From Candidatus Bathyarchaeia archaeon (GTDB lineage: Archaea > Thermoproteota > CALKCG01 > B24): DNA of 64,000 nt. The notes under the pieces are model-generated. The model was not told the DNA's origin. It worked only from the letters and a program-made list of their open reading frames with translations, and searched no databases. Within the stretch, counting starts at the first letter, position 1; each line of letters starts with the position of its first letter. Positions 39,164-48,460 of this stretch are shown here, piece after piece. The DNA lies in contig JAVZJD010000002.1 of assembly GCA_038870975.1 (NCBI GenBank), forward strand, positions 384,001-448,000, read 5' to 3'. A program made the position numbers and the translations under genes.

Positions 39164-40741
39164 TTGCCCAGGCTTTTAGAGCGCAATATGATTGTTAAAG
39201 ATTGGAGGAAGGTTTCAGTCAAAATCGCACTCGTCTACCCCGGGGGATATAGAGCCGGGATGACTGGTTTAACTGTTCAACTCCTATACCACTTATTCAA
39301 CCTTAGAAGTGACAGTTTATGTGAGAGGGTCTTCATAGATGGGTCTAAACCTCCACGTAGCGTTGAATCAGGAAGGACTCTTGAAAGCTTCGACATTATA
39401 GCGGCTACAATTCCATATGAGGAGGGTTATGTTGAGCTTCTCAAGGGGCTTTTAGACTCCGGGATACCTCTACACCGTTGTGATAGAGGCGATAAACATC
39501 CCATTGTGTTAGCCGGGGGGATTGTTCCAACATCAAATCCGACGGTTCTCGAAGATTTTGTAGATGCTTTCGTTATCGGTGACGCAGAGCCTATCGTAGA
39601 CGAGCTTATCGAAGCCCACTTAGAGCAACGTAGTAAGCAAGGTAGGCTCGAGGTTTTAAGCAGTATGAAAGGCTTTTATGTACCAGGTTATTCTGAGGGT
39701 TATGTTGATAGGGTTTATGCATTAAAACTCGATGATAGCCTCCATCCGACTGCTCAAGTAGTTCCCATAGTTGATGAGAAAGACCCGCTTTGTCCGGTTT
39801 TCGGTTTAACCTTAAACATAGAGGCGACTCGGGGGTGTTGGAGGTTATGCCGTTTTTGTTTGGCGAGTTGGGTGAATACACCTGTGAGGCATAGAGATTT
39901 CAAGAGTATGGTAGGTTTGATCGATGAAGGGTTGCGTAGGACTGGTGTTGGTAAGGTTTCACTCTTAGGCGCTGGGATATCGGATAATGAGTGGCTTAAG
40001 GATGTCTGTGCGTATTTAGTCTCTAAGGGTGTTGAGTTTTCAACGCCTTCGATTAGAATGGATTTAGTTGATGAAGAGCTTATGAAGCTTATAGTTGAAG
40101 GTGGACAGAGGACTCTAACATTGGCTCCCGAGTCTGCTTCAGAGTACGTTAGAAGACTCATAGGTAAGCCTATGGCTGAGGACCGTATTATGGAGGTTGC
40201 TGAAAACGCTTTTAAAAGCGGGTTTAAAAGACTTAAGCTCTACTTTATGCTCGGTCTGCCGGGTGAAGACTCTAATTGTTTAAAGGGTATTGGGAGGATG
40301 GCTGAAGCGTGTGCAAGGCTGGGGTTTGGCGAAATCCACATATCCATCAATCCTCTTATACCCAAGCCTCAGACACCTTTCCAGTGGCTACCCTTAGCCT
40401 CCAGAAGGTATTTGGAAGAGGCTTTTAAAATCGTCAAGTCTAGTATGCCTGAGGCTAAGATTCGAATTGAAATGCTAAACCCAGCTGAAGCTGAACTCCA
40501 GGCTTTATTCTCCCTTGGAGATAGGTCTGTCGGTAGAGTTGCCGAATACATGGCTCTACACGATAGGATGAGTGTGAGGGAAGCTTCTAGAGCGGTTGGA
40601 GTGGATTTTGAAAAAATCGTTTACACTGCTAAAGACTGCGATAGCCCTCTACCCTGGAGTATGGTACGCTCAACGGACCTTAAAGCTCTTAGAGAGCAGT
40701 ACTATGCGTTTGAGAGGGAGTTAGAGCATCAACTCCGATAG
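39164..40741 (+). CDS. Radical SAM protein with N-terminal B12-binding-like domain
   Basis: TRGCWRLCRFC, TLAPES, LKLYFMLGLPGE, PKPQTPFQW. Confidence 0.9.
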   Translation: MPRLLERNMIVKDWRKVSVKIALVYPGGYRAGMTGLTVQLLYHLFNLRSDSLCERVFIDGSKPPRSVESGRTLESFDIIAATIPYEEGYVELLKGLLDSGIPLHRCDRGDKHPIVLAGGIVPTSNPTVLEDFVDAFVIGDAEPIVDELIEAHLEQRSKQGRLEVLSSMKGFYVPGYSEGYVDRVYALKLDDSLHPTAQVVPIVDEKDPLCPVFGLTLNIEATRGCWRLCRFCLASWVNTPVRHRDFKSMVGLIDEGLRRTGVGKVSLLGAGISDNEWLKDVCAYLVSKGVEFSTPSIRMDLVDEELMKLIVEGGQRTLTLAPESASEYVRRLIGKPMAEDRIMEVAENAFKSGFKRLKLYFMLGLPGEDSNCLKGIGRMAEACARLGFGEIHISINPLIPKPQTPFQWLPLASRRYLEEAFKIVKSSMPEAKIRIEMLNPAEAELQALFSLGDRSVGRVAEYMALHDRMSVREASRAVGVDFEKIVYTAKDCDSPLPWSMVRSTDLKALREQYYAFERELEHQLR

Positions 40742-42664
40742 GTTTTTCACGCGTCTCACGGAGCCAGGAGGCCCAAGCCTTACGTAGAGCTCTTCAGCCC
40801 ATGTGTATGTTTCAGGTCTAGGTCCTAGGAATACTATGTGGGTTGGCCATAGTAGGCCTGCTACGTATGGTAGGTCTGTGTATCTTAGGCAGTTTAACAT
40901 TTCTATGACTGGTCCGGAGCCGTCCGGGTTTGAAGCTACGTTTTGAGACTGTGGAGGATTGTTCAACACCACTGTGTATACGTCTTTTGCGAGTAATGCT
41001 GCGTAGAGCGCGGGTACGGACATTTCACCACTACCCATAATCCCTATCCGTTTGGAGTCTATCCAGCTTATGGATTTTAGCGCTTCAATAGCTCTGAGTA
41101 CGTCGTAGACTCTCATGCTCGCTATCGTCCTCCCGGTTAATGGGGCTGCTCTACGTATAAGCCACTGCAGGTCTTGAGCCCAGGAGGTTTCACCTACTCC
41201 TCTTACTTCTAGGAATGCTCTAGCCCATGAAGTGCTAAGTCCACTAACCGATGGCTCTTCGACCCAGTGGAAGTTTAGGGTTTTAGCAGACCTATTCAAC
41301 ACTAATAGTATTGGCGTAGGCTCAGGGGCTTTTGAGTGTTTTATGATTTGCATATGTAATCTCCAGTCTTCTTCGGATGTGAAGCTTATTAGGTATCCGA
41401 GCCAATTTCCGTCCTCTTGTTTAAGGTCTATCTTAAAGTTTAAATTGCAGGGTTTACGTGGGAATGCTGAAAACGTCTTCTCCATAAGTATTTGAATGAG
41501 CCGTTCTCTATAATTCTCAAGTTCTCTGGCGTTATTAATCTCTGGTGGTTTAGCGGTTTTTATAAACCAGTTTTGAACAATCGTTACTTTCTCGTCTTCT
41601 GGTATTCTATTGAAAACTCTTAACGTTTCAATTGTCTCCTGAGATGTAGGAGATTCATCTATATCTCCGACTTCTAAAGGAGTTTCAACACCTTTTAGGT
41701 GTTTAAGGAACCATTGGAATACCGCCATCCTAGATTTTTCCGTATAACCATGTCCACCCGGCGTTTCAACGAGCGTTATGTTTTCTGGTTTCTGGAGAAT
41801 CTCATAGAGTTTTTTGAGTTTACGGTATACAAGCCTCACTGACTCTATATCGAAAATCCAGTCTCCTTCTGTCGAAGCTATGAGTAGTGGTCTTGGGGCT
41901 ATTAAAGCCCCAACGTCCGTTAAATCCCACATGTAGTTGTTTATCCAGAACATACAGTCGCAGTGCCCTTCTAACGTACGCTTACAGACGTGGGATTCTA
42001 TTGTTGCAGTTCCACATACTGGGGCTACTGCCTTAATCCTAGTGTCTACGGCTGCTGTAAACCAGCTCATAGCACCGCCGCCAGATATACCCGTGACGCC
42101 TATGTTATCTGGGTCTACTTCAGGTTTAGACTGTAGTATGTCTACCGCTTTCACAGCGTTCCAGACTTCTACACCTGCGGGCGTATAGCCTAAGCTGTAC
42201 CAGTTGAACCATCCGTAGTGGTATGTACCGTGGTGGTGACCACGTATCTCACCCTTCTGAATTGTTTCAATTATCATTGTTACGAAGCCTAATTGTACGA
42301 ATTTCCTCGCATGTGCTTGGTAGGCATGTTTCTGGTTGAAGGAATGCCCACATAAGTATAAGATTGCTGGTGCTGGCTTATCTAGGTCTTCAGGTATGTA
42401 TAGGTTTCCCGTGACGTAAAGCCCTGGGAGGCTTTGGTAGTAGAGCTTTTCAATCCTATACTCGTTCCTCTGGATTACGCCCGTTATAATGGGTGTGACT
42501 GGTTCATGCTTCCTATTGAAGTATTCTGATAAGCCTAGCATATCTATAAAGAGCCTACGCCTCTCAAATTCTGTTTCAAACCAGTATTCTCTACTTTTCA
42601 AATCGCTTAGAGAGCGTTCAGTTATCTTCCTAGCCTCTCTACACAAATACTCGAAAATATTCAT
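40721..42664 (-). CDS. Tandem alpha/beta hydrolase (acetyl xylan esterase-like)
   Basis: LYLCGH, GISGGG nucleophile elbow, HCDC, LIAPRPL, GGHGY; second degenerate hydrolase domain. Confidence 0.85.
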   Translation of the reverse strand: MNIFEYLCREARKITERSLSDLKSREYWFETEFERRRLFIDMLGLSEYFNRKHEPVTPIITGVIQRNEYRIEKLYYQSLPGLYVTGNLYIPEDLDKPAPAILYLCGHSFNQKHAYQAHARKFVQLGFVTMIIETIQKGEIRGHHHGTYHYGWFNWYSLGYTPAGVEVWNAVKAVDILQSKPEVDPDNIGVTGISGGGAMSWFTAAVDTRIKAVAPVCGTATIESHVCKRTLEGHCDCMFWINNYMWDLTDVGALIAPRPLLIASTEGDWIFDIESVRLVYRKLKKLYEILQKPENITLVETPGGHGYTEKSRMAVFQWFLKHLKGVETPLEVGDIDESPTSQETIETLRVFNRIPEDEKVTIVQNWFIKTAKPPEINNARELENYRERLIQILMEKTFSAFPRKPCNLNFKIDLKQEDGNWLGYLISFTSEEDWRLHMQIIKHSKAPEPTPILLVLNRSAKTLNFHWVEEPSVSGLSTSWARAFLEVRGVGETSWAQDLQWLIRRAAPLTGRTIASMRVYDVLRAIEALKSISWIDSKRIGIMGSGEMSVPALYAALLAKDVYTVVLNNPPQSQNVASNPDGSGPVIEMLNCLRYTDLPYVAGLLWPTHIVFLGPRPETYTWAEELYVRLGPPGSVRRVKNLSELML

Positions 42665-43209
42665 CTAAATTCCTACTACGAATTGTTTATTTAAGCTTTC
42701 TTCCAACAATCAATTCTAAGGTTGAAGCTTTATTAGATTCAACCTTTAAAAAACTATGGTTGTGATTCTGACTTCGATTTCAGCTCTACATGGCTTTCTC
42801 AGGACGACTATGTGTTTGGCAGGAGTACAAGTCTCGAATGCGATCCAAAATACTACTCTTGACGTGTTCTTCCAGTAAACGTTTCAGTAGCCTAGATATT
42901 GAACGGGTCGACGCTTAGAATTGGAGGGTCGAAAGCTTATGAGAACTATGGTGTTCCAGTAGCCTCTGGATTCTTCTTGGACTGTGTTTTAGTGATACTT
43001 ATGGCTGGTGTAATGTCGTTATAAGGTTCTTCACTCCGTTCTGAGTTTTTAACGCCCTTCTTTTTGTTTGACCTCTTACAGTTTTTTTTTTTAAAGTAGA
43101 TTCCGTGGAAAAGCTTAAACTGGGGCGTTTCAATACTTTTAATCGGTTGAAACGGTTTCCCCATACGTGTCCTATATAAGCTAGAAGATGTTAAATTAGA
43201 TTCAGAGAG

Positions 43210-44139
43210 GTGGTGTGTTTGAGGAAAGTTCAGGTTTTAGCACCTATATTGCTTACGTTAGCTTTAAGTATGCTACTGGTATCGCCTATCGTTATGGCGG
43301 ACAACGGAGACAGTGAGACGGAAGACGCGTTGAAGAATAAGGCTGAGGTAATGCTTAGACTCTTAGAGATTACAGAGAGGAGGGCTAATCAGACTTTAGA
43401 GTTGTTAAATGATACTCTAGGAGAGATTCCTGACGATATTAATGCTACGTATCAGGAGGCTTTAAGGCTATACAATCAGAGTGGTGAAGCATACGATGAG
43501 GGAAACTATAGTGGGTGTATAGAGCTTGGCCGTCGGGCGATGGCTAGGTTTGAGTATTGCTTGAAGAACGCCTGCAGGCTTCTCATTGGTGAGGTTGAGG
43601 AGTTTATGGCTTGGAGGGGTCTTACAGTTGCTTTGGAGAGGCTTAGAGAGTTTATAGATAGAGTTAAAGCCTTGCGAGACAAGGCATATGAGGAATTCCC
43701 AAGTTTACAGGAGAATATAACGGAACTCGTTGACCCGCTTATAAAAGAGGCTAACGATACAGCTAACGAGGCTGAAGAGCTTATAGAGAGTGGGAGATAT
43801 ATCGATGCTTCTAAAGCCATCGGCGAAGGCCATTCTAAGGCTGCTCATGCTTTAGCGGCTTTAAATAAGCTTTTAAAGGGCAGAGTCGCGGCGATTAAAA
43901 GGGCTAACCGCTATATCGAGAGACATTTCGAAAGGCTTAGGGAGCGTATTAGAGAGAGGACTAGGAATATGGAGAGGAATAGAGCTAGAGCCATCTTGAA
44001 TAAGCTTGATCAGATCGCCGATAAGCTTGAGAAGCTTAAGGAGTTCCGCGGTGATGAAGAGGTTAGAGAGAGGCTGAGAGAGAGGCTTACTGAGATACAG
44101 GGTATGTTGGAGGAGCTTTTAGAAGAGCTTGAACATTGA
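43210..44139 (+). CDS. Secreted all-helical hypothetical protein
   Basis: N-terminal signal peptide; E/R/A-rich helices; several N-x-S/T sequons. Confidence 0.7.
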   Translation: MVCLRKVQVLAPILLTLALSMLLVSPIVMADNGDSETEDALKNKAEVMLRLLEITERRANQTLELLNDTLGEIPDDINATYQEALRLYNQSGEAYDEGNYSGCIELGRRAMARFEYCLKNACRLLIGEVEEFMAWRGLTVALERLREFIDRVKALRDKAYEEFPSLQENITELVDPLIKEANDTANEAEELIESGRYIDASKAIGEGHSKAAHALAALNKLLKGRVAAIKRANRYIERHFERLRERIRERTRNMERNRARAILNKLDQIADKLEKLKEFRGDEEVRERLRERLTEIQGMLEELLEELEH

Positions 44140-44185
44140 CCGTTTGGAAAGCTTTAAATAATTTTTTCCTTAATTCTTTTAGAGT

Positions 44186-45244
44186 ATGGGTTTTCTGAGG
44201 TTTCTACCAGTTTTATCTATAGCTGTTGTTTTCGCTTTAGCTGTTTCATGCGTTTATTCTGAGGGTTATGTTTACCGTGTTGACTCTATGAATTTTACGG
44301 TTTACTTTGACGGTGTTGTCGATGTGAAGGTTAAGCTTAGCGTGAATGAAACTAGTCTGTTTTTCACAGTAGGTTTGCCAGGTTCTCCTTTTTCAAACAT
44401 GTTTGTTTACGACTCCTCTGGTGTTCCTTTGGATTTCGACGTTGAGGGTGGGAATGTTACGGTTTACAGTTTCGGTGAAAGCCTTGTATATGTTGAATAT
44501 GAGACGCTTAATTTGACTTATAAGGAGGGTGTTTTATGGACTTTTAAGGTTGAATCCCCGGTAGTCTTCTACGTTATCCTGCCTTATAATGCTTCTATAA
44601 CTGGTTTTTCAGATATTCCGCTTGAAGTTACACTGCTTAAAGATGGTAGGATTCTGCTTAAAATGCCTAAGGGCTTACAGTACGTAAGCTACGTCATACC
44701 TCCAGGTGTAGCTGAATTTAGGTTGAAGGCTTTAAACGCTATTTCCAAAGCCCGAATCGCTATTGCAGATGCTAAAGCCGAGGGTAGGACTGAGGGTTTA
44801 GCGGATGCTGAAAGACTACTGGCGGAGGCTGAGGGGCTTTTCAATGCAGGCGACTATCGTGGTGCTGAGGCTAGGGCTAATCAGGCTTACGAGTCGGCTT
44901 TGAATGCTAAGAAGCCGTTGATCGGTGTTATCTTAGACTATATGCCTTATATCGTGGTGGCTACAGTTTTAGCGGTTGCTGTTGCAACCGTGCTGTTTTT
45001 AAGGCTTAGACGTGGGGGTGTTGCTAGGCTTTTCCGTGAAAACCCCTGGCTTGACGAAGATGAGAAGAACGTTTTAAAAGTTATATGGATTAAAGGAGGC
45101 GGTGCTTTCGAATCGGATATTAGGGATGCTTTAGACCTTCCCAAGACAACGGTTTGGAGGATTATTAAAAAGCTTGAAGAAAATGGGCTTGTCAAAGTCG
45201 AGAAAATCCGTGGGGAAAACTACGTTAAACTGGTCAAGCGTTAA
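44186..45244 (+). CDS. Membrane-anchored protein with C-terminal winged HTH
   Basis: Signal peptide, beta domain, TM helix, then DEKNVL...ESDIRDALDLPKTTVWRIIKKLEENGLV. Confidence 0.8.
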   Translation: MGFLRFLPVLSIAVVFALAVSCVYSEGYVYRVDSMNFTVYFDGVVDVKVKLSVNETSLFFTVGLPGSPFSNMFVYDSSGVPLDFDVEGGNVTVYSFGESLVYVEYETLNLTYKEGVLWTFKVESPVVFYVILPYNASITGFSDIPLEVTLLKDGRILLKMPKGLQYVSYVIPPGVAEFRLKALNAISKARIAIADAKAEGRTEGLADAERLLAEAEGLFNAGDYRGAEARANQAYESALNAKKPLIGVILDYMPYIVVATVLAVAVATVLFLRLRRGGVARLFRENPWLDEDEKNVLKVIWIKGGGAFESDIRDALDLPKTTVWRIIKKLEENGLVKVEKIRGENYVKLVKR

Positions 45245-45439
45245 ACGGCTTAGATCGCATATGGTAGTTTTTCCAGTGGAATCCACACGATCCCTACTTA
45301 AGCTTATGGAAAATGTGAAATCCAACTTTTCGGTCTTCCTAGTCTTCACAAGTTAAAGTCTACCCACGGGTTTTCCATGAGGTTGTACAGCGCTCTTGTA
45401 AAAGCTTAATTAAACCGTTAAGGTTAAGATACAATAGTC

Positions 45440-46186
45440 TTGAGTGGTATGTTGACCGACGGCGGTGGTGATGTGGCTACTGAGTTGAAGACGCAACTTC
45501 TTAAATTGCTTAGAGAGGATGAAGAATTTAGGTATGCGGTGGCAGGTTTAATCGGTTTAGAGGATTTGAGGTCCTCTATGAAGTCTTTAACGGATGCCAT
45601 TGACAGATTGGCTGAACGGGTAGATAAGCTGGCTGAAGCCCAGAAGCTTACGGAAGATAGACTGAACAAGCTGACAGAACGAGTAGACAAGTTGACGGAA
45701 CAAGTAGATAAGCTGACAGAACGGGTAAATAGGTTGGCTGAGGCTCAATTGCGTACGGAGGAGCATGTAAAGCAATTGGCGGTTACGGTTTCAAACTTGG
45801 CTGGAGAGGTTGGTAGACTTTCTGATGTTATTGGATTCGGGCTGGAAGATGTTGCTAAGGTTGTCGTACCTGGTTGGTTGTATAGGCACGAGCGTATAGA
45901 AGTTGAGTTGGAGCGTAGGTTTGTATACGTTGACGGTGAATCGATTGAAGTGAACCTTTATGGTGATGGGAGGAGGAATGGTGAGGCTGTGATTGTCGTA
46001 GGTGAGTGTAAATCTAGGATTTACGAGAGAGAGGTTAGGGAGTTTGCTGAAAAACTGGAGAAGCTTGCTAAAGTCTTTCAAGGCAGGAGGATGTATACGT
46101 TTATGTTCGGTTTTCTGATACATCCTTCAGCTGAGGGGGAGGCGAGGGGGAGGGGGATAACGCTTATAGCCTCCTACATGCGTTGA
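45440..46186 (+). CDS. Coiled-coil heptad-repeat + PD-(D/E)XK-like protein (archaeal DUF3782-like)
   Basis: LREDEEFRYAVAGLIG N-terminus, LAERVDK/LTEQVDK heptads, G..LE, EVN, GECKS. Confidence 0.8.
   Translation: MSGMLTDGGGDVATELKTQLLKLLREDEEFRYAVAGLIGLEDLRSSMKSLTDAIDRLAERVDKLAEAQKLTEDRLNKLTERVDKLTEQVDKLTERVNRLAEAQLRTEEHVKQLAVTVSNLAGEVGRLSDVIGFGLEDVAKVVVPGWLYRHERIEVELERRFVYVDGESIEVNLYGDGRRNGEAVIVVGECKSRIYEREVREFAEKLEKLAKVFQGRRMYTFMFGFLIHPSAEGEARGRGITLIASYMR
45608..45770 (+). repeat. Degenerate 21-bp tandem coding repeats (heptads)
   Basis: ctgacagaacgagtagacaag / ttgacggaacaagtagataag / ctgacagaacgggtaaatagg. Confidence 0.7.
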
Positions 46187-46257
46187 CCATTTTCCTCCTC
46201 TGTAGGGATGTTCGGTATGTCTTATTATCTTTGAGCGTAGGTGTTCTTCGACTTCCT

Positions 46258-46665
46258 CTACTCGCTCTTCCTCAGCTTTTCCTTAGGCTCCCAGGTGAAC
46301 CTCCATAGACCTCTCCCAAACGATTCAACTGCGATTTCCAATTCATCTGCAAGCTTATCGTTGATTAGAGGTTCTGTGGGTAGTGGGGAGACCACGATAT
46401 CGGCTAGAGCCTCCTTCGATTTAACGTCCTCCGTTAAAACGCTTACCCTCGCCGACCTTGGGTAGAACCAAGCCCTCAGAGGTCCACCCGCGGTTTCCAG
46501 AACTACTTCTGATGCGGCTTGAGGCGGCCAGAGGCCGAGTTTAACGGCTAAATCTATTGGAATAAGTAGTTGAGGCGTTGGTGCTTCATAGCCGCTGTTG
46601 AGGAGGGATACTGCTTCAACAGATCTACAGTCGATAGTGATCTTAAGTTTTAGTCTCACAGCCAT
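46258..46665 (-). CDS. Clan AA aspartyl-protease-like protein with NSG in place of DTG
   Basis: LLNSGYE..PQLLIP, LETAGG, EPLIND. Confidence 0.7.
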   Translation of the reverse strand: MAVRLKLKITIDCRSVEAVSLLNSGYEAPTPQLLIPIDLAVKLGLWPPQAASEVVLETAGGPLRAWFYPRSARVSVLTEDVKSKEALADIVVSPLPTEPLINDKLADELEIAVESFGRGLWRFTWEPKEKLRKSE

Positions 46666-46816
46666 GGGAGAGCACCTTAATTCTGCCTACGCGTCCGAAG
46701 CTTTTGAACGTAATCCTCCCCACGAATACTCCTCCACATACCTTCGAGTGAGTATCCAAGGTCTGAGGCTTTATACAGCCTACGTAAACCTTCTTACGAG
46801 CAGTCGATTCCGACAT
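46643..46816 (-). CDS. Possible 57-aa ORF overlapping the start of the protease-like gene
   Basis: My translation: MSESTARKKVYVGCIKPQ...HGCETKT; below the ORF-track cutoff; may be a remnant. Confidence 0.3.
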   Translation of the reverse strand: MSESTARKKVYVGCIKPQTLDTHSKVCGGVFVGRITFKSFGRVGRIKVLSHGCETKT

Positions 46817-46898
46817 GCTTTTACGAAATAGAGCTTACCAAAGTCGAATAAATACTTTTTGAGGCTTTGCTAAAAGCATGTTTATCCATAAGTTTAAA

Positions 46899-46923
46899 CT
46901 TTCAATTCTCTCTATAAGATTCC
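46899..46923 (-). repeat. Solitary CRISPR-repeat-like unit
   Basis: CTTTCAATTCTCTCT matches the first 15 nt of the array repeat, then ATAAGATTCC; minus strand ends ATTGAAAG. Confidence 0.65.
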
Positions 46924-46981
46924 ATATAGACTCGACAGCAATCTATAGTCACATACTAAGCAAATGAATGGAGCAGTGGCA

Positions 46982-47032
46982 CATTAACCGAAGACATTTT
47001 ATGACTTTAAGTTTTCTAAACTCTAAATGTTT
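46982..47032. repeat. Copy 1 of a 51-bp direct repeat
   Basis: 42/51 ungapped identity to 48304-48354; contains minus-strand TTAGAAAACTTAAAG promoter-like motif. Confidence 0.75.
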
Positions 47033-47121
47033 TAGAGAGATGTTTAATTATAGGAGAATTGAAGGGGAAATTTTAAACAACGTATTATGCGTAGTATGAA
47101 AAGCTTTTTAAATTCGTTTTA

Positions 47122-47367
47122 ATGTTTCCTAAGATGGAAATGAAGGAAACGGTGGATTATCAAAGTATAGTGGAGGAAAATTTCAAATTGTTAAGTGTAC
47201 TCGATGAGCTTGAGAAGGTCAGGCGCATCGTAATGGTTCAACTGGGGATCGTTGAAGATGTTTCTAGGTTAAAAGCCGCGTCGATATTTCAGTGGCTTTT
47301 CCGCCTATATGCTCGGAAAGTGGGAGAAGCTTACACCATTAAATCGGTGAAAGAAGCGATGAAGTGA
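47122..47367 (+). CDS. Small hypothetical protein, probable partner of downstream nucleotidyltransferase
   Basis: 81-aa ORF 4 bp upstream of the NTase gene. Confidence 0.55.
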   Translation: MFPKMEMKETVDYQSIVEENFKLLSVLDELEKVRRIVMVQLGIVEDVSRLKAASIFQWLFRLYARKVGEAYTIKSVKEAMK

Positions 47368-47371
47368 TGAT

Positions 47372-47998
47372 ATGGGTCTAATCGCTTATACAGTTAAGGT
47401 TGCGAGAATTTTCAATAGGTTAAATTTGAAATACGCGCTCGTAGGAGGGCTTGTATGTATATTGATGGGCATTAGGAGAATTACGGAAGATGCAGACTTC
47501 ATAGTTGAAGTTAAGTCCTTCAGCGATTTAGAAAAATTATTTTTTGGATTGAAAGAAGAAGGCTTCGATGTGAGTTTAGAAGAAGTAAAAGATGCATATG
47601 CAAATAAGAGTCATTTTACAATTTTAGTCGACGGCTTTAGGCTTGACTTTAAATTTGCATCCTCAACCCTCGACTTTGAAACCCTGAAAAGAGCTGTTGA
47701 AGTCGAAATCGAAGGGGAGAAAGTGAAAATTGCAAGGCTTGAAGAAAACATAGCGGCGAAAATACTAGTCTTGTCTTCGTTAAAAGATGTCGAAGACGCC
47801 TTATGGCTAATGATCAATCACCATGATAAAATAGACTGGAGTCGGCTTCAACTCCTTCTCAACGGAGATCCGAAGAAGATGATAGAGAACATACTGCTGG
47901 AAATTGAGAGAGAGTTTCAGGACGATGTAGTAGTTTTAAAAAAGTTGTATGAACTTAAATCGCTGTTAAAGCCTCTTTCACCCTCTCCCAATCTTTAA
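47372..47998 (+). CDS. Nucleotidyltransferase (DUF6036/AbiEii-like)
   Basis: YALVGG...RITEDADF, E.NIAAK, KDVEDA. Confidence 0.78.
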   Translation: MGLIAYTVKVARIFNRLNLKYALVGGLVCILMGIRRITEDADFIVEVKSFSDLEKLFFGLKEEGFDVSLEEVKDAYANKSHFTILVDGFRLDFKFASSTLDFETLKRAVEVEIEGEKVKIARLEENIAAKILVLSSLKDVEDALWLMINHHDKIDWSRLQLLLNGDPKKMIENILLEIEREFQDDVVVLKKLYELKSLLKPLSPSPNL

Positions 47999-48146
47999 CC
48001 GTAATAGTCTTACTTCCAGCCACCTCGGTAAGCTTAAGTCTATACTTTAAAAGCCTCCTTATAACGTCTGAGAGGGATTCCCCAGGCCTCTTCATTCTAC
48101 TCAACTGTTCATATACGTCATCCGACAATATTACAACCTTCCCCAT
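47955..48146 (-). CDS. Orphan VapB-type antitoxin (DUF217-like), probably truncated
   Basis: KVVILSDDVYEQLSRMKRPGESLSDVIRRLL; its 3' end collides with the NTase gene and no toxin follows. Confidence 0.72.
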   Translation of the reverse strand: MGKVVILSDDVYEQLSRMKRPGESLSDVIRRLLKYRLKLTEVAGSKTITVKDWERVKEALTAI

Positions 48147-48303
48147 AATTCCCACCCGCCATCTATGCAGTCTTACAATAACTGTATATAATTTTATATT
48201 ATGAAAGTTTTCCGAAGCGTGAGCTGACATGTAACTCCTCGAGGTCTTCTCTTAATATTCAACCGTCACTAGAAGCTTTAGTTGAGAAGTACGTAGCCAA
48301 ATC

Positions 48304-48354
48304 CATTAACTGAGGACGCATTATGACTTTAAGCTTTCTAAAGTCCAAACGTTT
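48304..48354. repeat. Copy 2 of the 51-bp direct repeat
   Basis: 42/51 identity to 46982-47032. Confidence 0.75.
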
Positions 48355-48460
48355 GAATCTATGAGACACGTTAAAACTCCCCAACCTGTAGCCTCCTCAA
48401 TCTTCTTCTCACTTCTCCCTCAGACTTACAGACAATATTGGACACGTCAATACTTTCAAG

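Noticed and set aside
42665-43209. tRNA or ncRNA in this and other long intergenic gaps (2100-2640, 11690-12010, 17590-18100)
   Set aside because: No cloverleaf, T-loop or rRNA-like sequence recognised by eye; a covariance-model scan would be needed
48245-48263. TCTTCTCTTAATATTCAAC as a third degenerate CRISPR repeat
   Set aside because: About 14/19 match in AT-rich DNA, lacks the handle end, and its spacing to the direct repeat differs from copy 1
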